A DNA stretch of 64,000 nucleotides. Origin: Candidatus Daviesbacteria bacterium. GTDB taxonomy: Bacteria > Patescibacteriota > Microgenomatia > Daviesbacterales > UBA10151. Each line of letters begins with the position of its first letter. The stretch's first letter is position 1. The stretch lies in assembly GCA_016176465.1 (NCBI GenBank), contig JACOXD010000004.1, forward strand, positions 50,119-114,118, in the 5' to 3' direction. A program made the position numbers and the translations under genes. The notes beneath the pieces were generated by a model. That model saw only the letters and a list, made by a program, of their open reading frames with translations. It was not told the DNA's origin and ran no database searches. Positions 24,633-34,062 of the stretch are shown here, piece after piece.

Positions 24633-26348
24633 TTAAACTTCAACCACCACAGTCAGGATAAGTGGGCTCCTTTTTGTTTCTTCAAAGAAAAATTTTTCTA
24701 AGTTTTCCTCAATAGTATGTCTAATATATCTCCAATCAAGCGGTGGTTTATGATCCCTTAGACAACTCTTAACAATCTCTTTTGCTGCCTCAAGTAAGTC
24801 TTCTGCCTGTTTTTCAAAAACAAATCCTCTGGAAATAATATCTGGTTCCCCTCCTACCTTTCCTGTTTGAGGCTCAACTGGTACCACCACAACTACAATT
24901 CCCTCCTCAGCCATTACCTGCCTATCTCTCAAAACAACAGTCCCAACATCTCCCACTCCTAGCCCATCAACATAGACATTAGCCACATTAATGGAAGAAC
25001 TTATATAAGCTCTATCTTTCTTGATATCAATTACCTGTCCCTCTGTTGGAAGTAATATTTGATTTTCCTCATAACCTAGCGACTTTGCCATACGTGAGAA
25101 TTCTTTCATATGTCTAAAAGTACCTCCAATTGGCAGTAAATATTTAGGTTTGGCTAAGTTAATCATGAGTTTAAGTTCTTCACTACTTGCATGTCCACTA
25201 ACGTGAAGGTCTGAAGTTAGCGCGCTGTAGTAAACATCACAGCCTAATTTAGTTAGATTATCAATTAAGGCATGCTGAGCAGATTCAGTTGAAGGGATCG
25301 GATCAGCACTAAAAACTACACTATCTAATTTGCCAAAATGAATGTATTTATGATCACCATTGGCTGCTCGAGAGAGGGAAGAGCCAGGTTGGCCTTGGGA
25401 GCCGGCGATTAAAATCATCAATTTATTTTCCGGATAGCTTTTAATTGATTCTTGGTTGATAACTAAACCAGGCGGCACATCTAAATAACCTAAATCTCTG
25501 GCAACTTGGAAATTATTTTCAACCGATCTACCGGATAAAGCTAATTTTCTACCAGCTTTGATTGCAACATTAATAGCTTGTTGGACCCTAGTTATATTAG
25601 AGGAAGTCATGGTAATTAAAACTTTTCCCCTAGTTTCACTTTCAACCTTGGAAAAAGTGCCCTCAATCGTTTTTTCAGATAAAGTATAGCCTTGTTTTTC
25701 TACCCTTAAACAATCAATGGACATAAATAAAACCCCTTGCTCACCCACTCTGGCAACAGTTCCCACATCAGTTACTTGATTATTAACAGGCGTCCAATCC
25801 ATTTTAAAATCTGCTTGGTGAATCAAAGTACCAACAGGAGTTCTTAAAACAATCCCCGTAGAATCAGGAATGGAGTGAGAAACTTGATAAAAAGAAGCTT
25901 CAAAGCTACCTAGTTTTATAGTTTGTTTTAAACCAACATTTTTAATTTTATCTTTAGGTAATCTATGCTCGCTAAATTTAGATCTAATTAATCCAGCAGT
26001 TAATTTTTGAGCATAAATTTCTACATCTAGCTCAGGCCAAATATAGGGAAGCCCACCAATATGATCATCATGAGCGTGAGTAATTAAAATTCCTCGTATC
26101 TTACTTTTTTTATCCCGAAGGTATGAGATATCAGGAATTACTAAATCAATCCCAGGCATTGCTTCATCAGGAAACCCAACTCCACAATCAATAATAACAA
26201 TATCATTACCATATTCATAAATATACATATTCTTTGTCACATCACCAATCCCGCCTAAGGGAGTGAGTTTTAAAGATCTCCCCCCTTGGTGAGGTTGGTG
26301 TATTATTGGTTGTTCTAAATGTCTTTTAACTTTATTTGGTTTAAACAT
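24633..26348 (-). CDS. rnj: Ribonuclease J (metallo-beta-lactamase/beta-CASP)
   Basis: HAHDDHIGGLPY motif, beta-CASP layout, 571 aa. Confidence 0.85.
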   Translation of the reverse strand: MFKPNKVKRHLEQPIIHQPHQGGRSLKLTPLGGIGDVTKNMYIYEYGNDIVIIDCGVGFPDEAMPGIDLVIPDISYLRDKKSKIRGILITHAHDDHIGGLPYIWPELDVEIYAQKLTAGLIRSKFSEHRLPKDKIKNVGLKQTIKLGSFEASFYQVSHSIPDSTGIVLRTPVGTLIHQADFKMDWTPVNNQVTDVGTVARVGEQGVLFMSIDCLRVEKQGYTLSEKTIEGTFSKVESETRGKVLITMTSSNITRVQQAINVAIKAGRKLALSGRSVENNFQVARDLGYLDVPPGLVINQESIKSYPENKLMILIAGSQGQPGSSLSRAANGDHKYIHFGKLDSVVFSADPIPSTESAQHALIDNLTKLGCDVYYSALTSDLHVSGHASSEELKLMINLAKPKYLLPIGGTFRHMKEFSRMAKSLGYEENQILLPTEGQVIDIKKDRAYISSSINVANVYVDGLGVGDVGTVVLRDRQVMAEEGIVVVVVPVEPQTGKVGGEPDIISRGFVFEKQAEDLLEAAKEIVKSCLRDHKPPLDWRYIRHTIEENLEKFFFEETKRSPLILTVVVEV

Positions 26349-26352
26349 AATT

Positions 26353-27387
26353 TTAAGTATTCAAGAAATCATTAACGTTTTGGTTTGTTATATTAAACGG
26401 TCCTGCCTCTCCTGAGACGACCCTTTTAGCGACTCTTCTAACTAAAGTTTCAATATTACGCCGCAGTGATCGGATCCCACCATCATAACCTAGGGGTCTT
26501 ACAATTTGACTCCATAAATTAGTATCAATATTTACTACTTTAGGATCCAGTGTGGCATTTTTTAAAGCTTGGGGTAAAAGATAATCTTTGCCAATAACAA
26601 TCTTTTGCTCATCTGAGTAAAATGGCATTTCAATAACTTCCAATCTATCTAAAACAGCAGTTGCTACATTGGAAACATTATTGGCTGTAGTTACAAATAA
26701 AACTTGGGATAAATCAAAAGGAATATCCAAATAATGATCCAAAAAGTGTTTATTTTGTTCTGGATCCAAAAGTTCAACTAATACTCCCATAATATCTGCC
26801 CTGGCCTCTGTTGTTACTCTATCTAGTTCATCTAGTAAAATGAGCGGGTTTTTGACTCCGGTTTTTTTTAAAGCTTTTATTATAAGTCCTGGTTCAGCCT
26901 CGGGTTTGACCCTGGATTCACCTCGTAGCTGCAATGCAGAGCCCAGTCCTCCAAAAGGAATCCTAACTAGCGGTTTACCCATTGATTCGGCAATTGAGTA
27001 AGCCAGGGTTGTTTTTCCGGATCCCGGCAAACCTACAAAAGCCAAGATAGGAATATTAGGCGTAGTTCCTTTCTGGTGATTTAAAATTAAAATAGCAATA
27101 TGCTCTAAAATCCTCTCTTTTATATTTTCCATTCCAAAATGATTTTTATCCAAAACCTGTTTTGCTCTATTTATATCTAAAATATCCTGACCCACTTTTT
27201 CCCAAGGAAGCTCGCAAACAAAATTGATAAAGGAAACCTCCCTATCAGCTTCTAAGCTATAACCTGAAGTTTTTAAAATAATTTCAACTCTTGCAAGGGA
27301 ATTATTAAGTCTGTCAACTACATCTGATGGTAGCTTGGAGGATTGAATTTTTGATTTTAATTTTTCTATCAGCTGAGCAGGATCCAT
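26353..27387 (-). CDS. Lon-like AAA+ ATPase module only (no LON N-domain, no S16 protease domain)
   Basis: ENIKERILEHIAI, Walker A GLPGSGKTTLAYSIA, LLDELDRV, VLDRLEVIE..., aligns to Lon residues ~230-585 and ends where the protease domain would start. Confidence 0.65.
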   Translation of the reverse strand: MDPAQLIEKLKSKIQSSKLPSDVVDRLNNSLARVEIILKTSGYSLEADREVSFINFVCELPWEKVGQDILDINRAKQVLDKNHFGMENIKERILEHIAILILNHQKGTTPNIPILAFVGLPGSGKTTLAYSIAESMGKPLVRIPFGGLGSALQLRGESRVKPEAEPGLIIKALKKTGVKNPLILLDELDRVTTEARADIMGVLVELLDPEQNKHFLDHYLDIPFDLSQVLFVTTANNVSNVATAVLDRLEVIEMPFYSDEQKIVIGKDYLLPQALKNATLDPKVVNIDTNLWSQIVRPLGYDGGIRSLRRNIETLVRRVAKRVVSGEAGPFNITNQNVNDFLNT

Positions 27388-27514
27388 ATTTGATTTGGAC
27401 AGATGTTAGCCAGTAAGCATAGTGCCTTTTAGTTGCACTATGAACGGACTTAACGCATTCTGTTTAATCAGTTTTTCTGCCGAATCGTCCATTACGAGCT
27501 TTTATCTTTTCTAA

Positions 27515-28144
27515 TTATTTTAAAAGGATTGAACCGGTTAGGTTCTTCCCCCTTACGTCAATACTAATTGTATCTACTTTATTTAGTATTGGAAATAGTC
27601 CATCCAATTTTTTAGAAATAAATAACTTACCAGACTCCGTTGCATGTTGAATCAAAGCAGTAGGATTTTTTACGCTTATTGCATAATCCCCGCCAGCTTG
27701 AGATTTAAAAGATAACTTGCCAGAATTACTCGCTAATTCAAAACTTTCCCCTGGTAATCCTGAGTTAAGAATTGATCGTGAATTACTTTTAAAAGCTAAC
27801 CCTTTATTTTGAAAATCCAAAGCAACCTCTAAAGGTAAGTGCTGATTTAGTTTTTGGATAGATTCACTATCCAGATCTATTTCAATTCCCTCAACCCAAG
27901 ATGTTCCAATTTTTAATCTATTAGAAAAATCAACTGCTTTACTCATATCTTTGTTAGAAATTTTAAAATCAATTTTTAAGTTATTTCCATTTGTATAAAT
28001 ACTGGCTTTACTTTTTTGCTCTAATAAATTAGTAGAAATTAAGTTTTTATTGGCAATTAAGTAAAATCCTGAAGTTATTATGAGTAAAAAAAACAAAAAA
28101 GTGATAAGTAAGGGGATAAATGAGACTTTTATCCTTACTTTCAT
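27515..28144 (-). CDS. Membrane-anchored hypothetical protein
   Basis: N-terminal TM, no recognisable domain. Confidence 0.35.
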   Translation of the reverse strand: MKVRIKVSFIPLLITFLFFLLIITSGFYLIANKNLISTNLLEQKSKASIYTNGNNLKIDFKISNKDMSKAVDFSNRLKIGTSWVEGIEIDLDSESIQKLNQHLPLEVALDFQNKGLAFKSNSRSILNSGLPGESFELASNSGKLSFKSQAGGDYAISVKNPTALIQHATESGKLFISKKLDGLFPILNKVDTISIDVRGKNLTGSILLK

Positions 28145-30366
28145 TACCTACTATATCCGCCTCCACCTCGTCGGTTTCGATTTCTTCCAAAATTATTAAA
28201 CCCTCTATTACCAACGCTTCGATGAGAAAAATTTCTTCTAAATCCCCCACCTCTACCTTCCCTTCTATGATTTTCCTTTCTTGCAGCATCCTCACCAAAT
28301 AACATTGAAAGAGCGATTTTCCCCATTGGATCAACATCAATTACTCTCACCTTTACTGTTTGTCCCTCAGAAACTACATCTTCAGGCCTCTCAACCCTAT
28401 AAGGTGCCATCTGGGAAACATGAACCAATCCTTCTTTACCGGGTATAAGTTCTACAAAAGCTCCAAAAGTAGTAATTTTAACTACTTTTCCTACGTATTC
28501 TTCTCCAGGTTCAATTTTTCTAAACATATTTTGGATAATGTTCATGGCTTTTTTAATAGCTTCGCCATTTGCAGATGAAACCATAACAGTTCCATCATCT
28601 TCAATGTCAACTTGAGCACCTGTTTGAGCAATAATTCCATTAATTGTTTTCCCACCACTACCAATAAGTAAGCCAATCTCTTCAGGTTTAATATGAGTTA
28701 CTTCAATTTTAGGAGCAAACTCGGAAATTTCTTCCTCTTTCGGAGCAACTTCTTTAATTTTAGCAATCATCATCTCTCTTGCCGCGCTGCCTTGCTTTAG
28801 GGCCTCTTCCACAATTTCAAAGCTAATCCCTTGTAATTTGGTGTCCATTTGGATTCCGGTAATTCCATTTATTGTACCCGCCACTTTAAAATCCATCTCT
28901 CCATAAAAGTCCTCAACTGCTCTCATATCAGTTATAACCTGGAATTTTCCCTCATTGGATAAAAGACCCAAGGCAATCCCGGCCACAGGCTCAATTGGCA
29001 CTCCAGCATTAAGTAACGCTAAGGTAGTTGCACAAACTGCAGCTTGGGAAGTAGAGGCATTAGAAGCTAACACCTCTGATACAACCCTAATTGCATAAGG
29101 AAAAGCTTCATCTGAAGGTAAAACAGGCAGAATTGAGCGCTCAACCAAGTCTCCATGACCAACATCCCTCCTATTTGGAGCTCCAATTTTTTTAACCTCA
29201 CCTGAGGCAAAAGGGTTAATGCTCATATTATAATGATGCATGAACCTTTTTTGGGATTCACCCTCCATCCCTTCTAAAGTTTGGGCTGCAGAAAGTGGGC
29301 CTAGTGTAACAACGGATAAAACCTGGGTATCACCACGCTGGAAAATAGCACTTCCATGAGTTCGAGGTAGTATATCTGTTTCAGCATAAATCTCCCTAAC
29401 TTCATCCATCGCCCTTCCATCTACTCTTTTACCCTTATTTAAAATTGTATCATTCATAATCTCTTTGGCTACCTTATCAAAGATTACTCCAACTTGAACG
29501 CTAGTTAGCGATTCTGCATATTTTTCTGCCAAGCTGTTTTTAATCTGCTCGCCTGTTGCATCATGCCAAGCAGTTGTTTTATCAAAAAGTGCAGCTTCAA
29601 TTAACTCTTTAGCTTCCTTTTTAACTTCTTTAAATAACTTCTCGTCCAGTTGATCTGCTAAAATGGTAAATGCTTTCTTTTCTTTAACACTGTCTTTGGT
29701 AAAATCTTCAATTAAATTAATTATTTTTTGGGATTCGCTATGACCTTTTTTAATCGCCTCCAAAACTACCTCATCAGCAATTTGCTTGGCTTCTGCCTCT
29801 ACCATAGCAATTTTTTCTTTGGTGGAAGCTACCAATAACTCTAGCGATAAACTCTCTGCTTCTGGCAGAGTAGGATTTATAACTATTTCTTCATTTTTGA
29901 TCCCTACTTTAGCAACTCCTAGCGGTCCATTCCATGGAACAGAGGAGATAGTTAGCGCAGCTGATGTAGCAATTAAGCCTAAAATAGCTGGATCATTAAT
30001 CCCATCAAAGGATAAAACTGTCACAATTATCTGCACTTCATATTGAAAATCTTTAGGGAAAAAAGGCCTAATGGAACGATCTATAGCCCGCCCAGACAAA
30101 ACTGCTTTATCAGATGGCCTCGTTTCTCTTTTAATAAATTTTTGAGCGGTGATTCTACCACCTGCATAGTATTTTTCAACATATTCAACAGATAAAGGAA
30201 AATAGCCTGGATCTTCTTTAATAGGTTGGGCTGAAACTGTAGCTAAAACAACTGTTTCTCCCCAAGTTGCCACAACAGAAGCGTCAGCTTGCTGGGCAAG
30301 CTTGCCTGTTTCTAGTTTTAAATTTGTACCATTTAGGTCAATTTCTTTTATTGTTACTTTATGCAT
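28144..30366 (-). CDS. pnp: Polynucleotide phosphorylase with an extra C-terminal RGG/RG-rich tail
   Basis: Two RNase PH domains, KH, S1, then RREGRGGGFRRNF...RNRNRRGGGGYSR. Confidence 0.9.
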   Translation of the reverse strand: MHKVTIKEIDLNGTNLKLETGKLAQQADASVVATWGETVVLATVSAQPIKEDPGYFPLSVEYVEKYYAGGRITAQKFIKRETRPSDKAVLSGRAIDRSIRPFFPKDFQYEVQIIVTVLSFDGINDPAILGLIATSAALTISSVPWNGPLGVAKVGIKNEEIVINPTLPEAESLSLELLVASTKEKIAMVEAEAKQIADEVVLEAIKKGHSESQKIINLIEDFTKDSVKEKKAFTILADQLDEKLFKEVKKEAKELIEAALFDKTTAWHDATGEQIKNSLAEKYAESLTSVQVGVIFDKVAKEIMNDTILNKGKRVDGRAMDEVREIYAETDILPRTHGSAIFQRGDTQVLSVVTLGPLSAAQTLEGMEGESQKRFMHHYNMSINPFASGEVKKIGAPNRRDVGHGDLVERSILPVLPSDEAFPYAIRVVSEVLASNASTSQAAVCATTLALLNAGVPIEPVAGIALGLLSNEGKFQVITDMRAVEDFYGEMDFKVAGTINGITGIQMDTKLQGISFEIVEEALKQGSAAREMMIAKIKEVAPKEEEISEFAPKIEVTHIKPEEIGLLIGSGGKTINGIIAQTGAQVDIEDDGTVMVSSANGEAIKKAMNIIQNMFRKIEPGEEYVGKVVKITTFGAFVELIPGKEGLVHVSQMAPYRVERPEDVVSEGQTVKVRVIDVDPMGKIALSMLFGEDAARKENHRREGRGGGFRRNFSHRSVGNRGFNNFGRNRNRRGGGGYSR

Positions 30367-30374
30367 TTTTTTTG

Positions 30375-30500
30375 ACAGTAGACGATGGAGGATAGAAGAT
30401 AGAACTTTGAGGACAGAAGATAGAAATTAGAGTTTTACTATTCTACCTTCCATTTTCCATCTTCAAAACACTATCTTCCACATTCTATCATCTATTTATG
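30375..30500 (-). promoter_or_regulatory. Long imperfect hairpin in the pnp 5' leader (candidate RNase III/autoregulatory site)
   Basis: gatggaggatagaagatagaa...ggacagaagatagaaa facing inverted copies ttctaccttccattttccatcttc...ctatcttccacattctatcatc. Confidence 0.35.
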
Positions 30501-30563
30501 TCATTCTGAGTGAAGCAAAGAATCTCATCTCTAGATCCTTCGGGCTCTACCCTCAGGATGACA
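30499..30563. repeat. MITE/REP-like element between pnp and rpsO
   Basis: tgtcattctgag...aagaatctcatctctagatcctt...cctcaggatgaca. Confidence 0.75.
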
Positions 30564-30569
30564 CAAGGA

Positions 30570-30839
30570 TCATTTAGATAAACCTAATTTCTCTATCACT
30601 CCTTTATAACGCTCACTATCTTTCTTAAGCAAATACTGAAGTAATCTTCGACGCTTATTAACCATTGATAGTAATCCTCTGCGTGAGTGAACGTCATGCG
30701 GATGTTCTTTTAAGTGAGCAGTTAAGTTTTTAATCTGTTCTGACAGTAATGCAGCCTGGACTTCAGGAGAACCTGTATCACCTTTATGGGTAGCAAACTG
30801 CTCAATAATCTGTTGCTTACTTTTTACATCAAGTGGCAT
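30570..30839 (-). CDS. rpsO: 30S ribosomal protein S15
   Basis: 89 aa, S15 family ([20 protein letters not shown]). Confidence 0.92.
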   Translation of the reverse strand: MPLDVKSKQQIIEQFATHKGDTGSPEVQAALLSEQIKNLTAHLKEHPHDVHSRRGLLSMVNKRRRLLQYLLKKDSERYKGVIEKLGLSK

Positions 30840-30944
30840 CTTACCTTTCTGAAAGAATAGGCAAGCTTTGCTTATCCTTCCTGGGAAAACCTTGGTGCCA
30901 AAAAGTAATCCCTAAATTTGTTTGGGGTATTATAGCAAAACAAA

Positions 30945-31328
30945 TTAGATAATGCAAGATTCAGAATCCAGGCTTGGAGTTTTTTGTCTGGCAATAACTG
31001 CTCCCCTATTCATCCAGTAATGATACTCGCTAACAGTTAGTTCATGTATAGTTTTCCCTGCACCAGCTAAAAAGAAAAGCCCGCCACCCCTTGCTAAAAA
31101 TCTTAGCCAAGGCGCTCTTATTAATTGAGCTCCTATTATTAGACCAAAACCCACAAGCGCTTTGTCTTTAACCATACCAATCCCCAACTCACGCATCTGC
31201 CCATAGAGACTACGATATGCAAACACTGATGCTGCTGAAGGGTCGGGAGATGTCATCATAATTTGCTCCACGAAACCTAATTCTGACCTTACATCTTGAT
31301 AATCTACTTCTTCAGCAATTTCTAACAT
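30945..31328 (-). CDS. Hypothetical protein
   Basis: 127 aa ORF at the position usually occupied by truB/ribF; no motif recognised. Confidence 0.3.
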   Translation of the reverse strand: MLEIAEEVDYQDVRSELGFVEQIMMTSPDPSAASVFAYRSLYGQMRELGIGMVKDKALVGFGLIIGAQLIRAPWLRFLARGGGLFFLAGAGKTIHELTVSEYHYWMNRGAVIARQKTPSLDSESCII

Positions 31329-31332
31329 CTTT

Positions 31333-32391
31333 TTATCCTAATGAAGTTCCTTTATAAACTTTTGGTGTTAGCCAATCAGGTGCAGGGGAGGCTTCGCCTT
31401 CACCTGATGAAGAGGTGGCATACTCACCACTTGGTACTTCTTCAGTTGGAGCACTTTGAGCTTGAGTTTGTTCAGGTTGGCTGTTAATAACAGGGGGGAC
31501 TGTAAAATTATCAGTTTGGACTTGTTGTTGACTTGGAATTTGCCCAGTAAAACCTCTTAGATCAAACCCAGGCTGTTGGGTTTGAGGGGTAGGTTGTTGG
31601 ATTGGCTGAGGAGCTGCACTAGGTTGAGCTTGGGTTAGAGGATTTTTAGCTCCTGCTTGCATTGCATTAGCTAAACTTAAAAAAGTATCTGCACTTACTC
31701 TAGAGGTTAAATTATTTGTAGCAGAATATATCCCAATTGAGATATTTGTTCCAGAATCTACATCTAAAGTTAGTCCTAAGCTTGGCATTAAATTGGCTAC
31801 CATTTCAGATAAAGAAGAGGCATTGGCATCTACAATATTATAAGTACCGAACATAGAGTTATTAGCTTGGTTATCTATATTAACTAAAGGCACTCCTTGG
31901 AAAGAATTAGTATTATTTAAATAAGTTCCTCCTAATTCATTAAGATTAGTTGTACCTACAGTAAAAATTAAATTAAAACCACTACTTTGATATTTGGGAG
32001 TTATATTTCTTGGTTCAAATTTTTGACCTGGTAAGATATGGAAAACTAAATTTAGATCTTGCCCCTGAGGATACCAATCAAGTTTCTCTAAAGCAGGCAC
32101 TGTTCCATCACTAGCTACTACCCCTTCTAAAGTTAAGATTAAATTTCCACCACTACTAGGTAACTCTTTTTTTACTTCCCCTATACCAAATAAATTAGAG
32201 TGGGAAACTAAAATTTGCCCTTCGGTTGCAATAGAAACATTTTGATAACCTTTAGATTGTAAACTTAAATATAAAGCGAGTCCTGCTGCCAGATGATCTA
32301 TGGTTATATTTACAGGAAGCGATATTAAAATATTTCCAGCTGTTTGGACTTTTGAAGGCAGATCTGCAATTTGTGAATCATACTTTGCCAT
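31333..32391 (-). CDS. Degenerate DHH-family (NrnA-like) protein with a Gln/Pro-rich C-terminal tail
   Basis: NILISLPVNITIDHLAAGLALYL resembles the NrnA DHH motif but lacks the catalytic Asp; sits in the infB-rbfA-nrnA position. Confidence 0.3.
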   Translation of the reverse strand: MAKYDSQIADLPSKVQTAGNILISLPVNITIDHLAAGLALYLSLQSKGYQNVSIATEGQILVSHSNLFGIGEVKKELPSSGGNLILTLEGVVASDGTVPALEKLDWYPQGQDLNLVFHILPGQKFEPRNITPKYQSSGFNLIFTVGTTNLNELGGTYLNNTNSFQGVPLVNIDNQANNSMFGTYNIVDANASSLSEMVANLMPSLGLTLDVDSGTNISIGIYSATNNLTSRVSADTFLSLANAMQAGAKNPLTQAQPSAAPQPIQQPTPQTQQPGFDLRGFTGQIPSQQQVQTDNFTVPPVINSQPEQTQAQSAPTEEVPSGEYATSSSGEGEASPAPDWLTPKVYKGTSLG

Positions 32392-32397
32392 ATATTT

Positions 32398-32532
32398 TTA
32401 TTGAGTGGGTTGTTGCGGACTCATTAACGCTTCTACTCGAGCTGTCAGTTCTTCAAGACGTCTACGTGCTTTAAAAGCTTTAAGATTGGGATTTTTTTGA
32501 AAAGCTCCTCTAATAGATTCTAATAAACCCAT
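32398..32532 (-). CDS. Unlisted small ORF (44 aa, basic/helical) between infB and the DHH-like gene
   Basis: My own translation: MGLLESIRGAFQKNPNLKAFKARRRLEELTARVEALMSPQQPTQ. Confidence 0.2.
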   Translation of the reverse strand: MGLLESIRGAFQKNPNLKAFKARRRLEELTARVEALMSPQQPTQ

Positions 32533-32568
32533 AGTCAGAATTATACTTAGTTTTTAAATAAAGTCAAC

Positions 32569-34038
32569 TTATAAAGTTCTAAAAGATTGGATGACATCTC
32601 CAACCTGAAAATCTATCGCTGGATCAAGCATAATCCCGCATTCTTCCCCTTTTTCTACTTTAGATACTTCATCTTTAAGCTTTTTCAAAGATTTAATTTT
32701 TGCTTCCCCAATCACTTGTCCTGAGCCTGCCGAAGGATCCTCTCTAACCACTCTTACTTTAGGACCTTTGGAGATTGCTCCATCTAATATTTTACATCCA
32801 GCAATCCTTTCATTTTTACCATAAGGAAACTCAGCTAAAATTTGGGCTACCCCAAACACTTCCTCAACTGCTCCTACCTTTAACATCTCCTCAACCACCT
32901 CTTCCATCTCATCTAGAAGTTCATAAATTATATTGTAGTTTCTAATTAAAACCCGCTCAGTCTCCGCTAATTTAGCAGCTGGGGAGGTAATTTTAGTATT
33001 AAAGCCAATTACAATAGATCTGGTTGCTGCTGCTAATTTAACATCAGCTTCCCCAATATCCCCTGTAGCAGAGGATATTATCTTAACATGTTCTTTTTCT
33101 TCATTAAATTTTTGCAAAGAACTCTCAATTGCCTCAAGTGAGCCTTGCTTATCTGCTTTAACTACCAAATTTAAAGTAGTTTCTTTATCTTCCTTTAATC
33201 TATCAATTAATGTTTTTGCCTCTGATTTAATATCTTTTACTTGGATTACTTCATCTCCCAAAGTTGCTCCAACAGCAGGCACGCTTTCTAAGCCTAATAT
33301 TTCAACAGGCATGGAAGGAGTTGCCTCATTTAAAGTTTTACCTTGATAATCAAAGATTCCTCTAATTTTTCCCTTTACTCCCCCTAAAAATATTTGATCA
33401 CCTTTTTTTAAAGTGCCGTTTCTAATAAGTAATGTCGCAATAGATCCTTTAAATTTATCCAAATTAGATTCAATTACTACCCCACTTGCAGGTAAACTAG
33501 GATCTCCTTTTAATTCATGTAGCTCAGCTACAAGCAAAATCATCTCTAATAACTTATCTACACCCAAACCAGATTTAGCAGATAAAGGTACAATTGGCAC
33601 ATCCCCACCGTACTCTTCTACTAAAACTTCATTATCAGATAACTGTTTTTTAATTTTTTCGGTTTGGACTTTTATATCAACACCTAAATCTATTTTATTG
33701 ATCGCCACAATCATAGGTACCTTAGCAGCTTTAATGTGCTTTATAGCCTCCACAGTTTGGGGCATCACTCCATCATCAACAGCTACCACTAAAACTGCTA
33801 TATCTGCTACATTTGCTCCCCTGGATCTCATCTTCTCAAAAGCAGCGTGGCCAGGAGTATCAATAAAAGTGATGAGTTTAGAGTTATGAGTTACTTGGTA
33901 TGCCCCAATTGCTTGGGTAATTCCCCCATGCTCTTTAGAAGCAACAGAGGATTTTCTGATAAAATCAAGCAGGGTAGTTTTTCCATGATCAACATGGCCT
34001 AAAATTGTTACAATTGGTGATCTGCTTATACTTGCCAT
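32569..34038 (-). CDS. infB: Translation initiation factor IF-2, short form starting at the G domain
   Basis: ILGHVDHGKTTLLD, DTPGH, NKID; 489 aa. Confidence 0.88.
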   Translation of the reverse strand: MASISRSPIVTILGHVDHGKTTLLDFIRKSSVASKEHGGITQAIGAYQVTHNSKLITFIDTPGHAAFEKMRSRGANVADIAVLVVAVDDGVMPQTVEAIKHIKAAKVPMIVAINKIDLGVDIKVQTEKIKKQLSDNEVLVEEYGGDVPIVPLSAKSGLGVDKLLEMILLVAELHELKGDPSLPASGVVIESNLDKFKGSIATLLIRNGTLKKGDQIFLGGVKGKIRGIFDYQGKTLNEATPSMPVEILGLESVPAVGATLGDEVIQVKDIKSEAKTLIDRLKEDKETTLNLVVKADKQGSLEAIESSLQKFNEEKEHVKIISSATGDIGEADVKLAAATRSIVIGFNTKITSPAAKLAETERVLIRNYNIIYELLDEMEEVVEEMLKVGAVEEVFGVAQILAEFPYGKNERIAGCKILDGAISKGPKVRVVREDPSAGSGQVIGEAKIKSLKKLKDEVSKVEKGEECGIMLDPAIDFQVGDVIQSFRTL

Positions 34039-34062
34039 TTTTCTTAAAAAACCGCCTCATAA

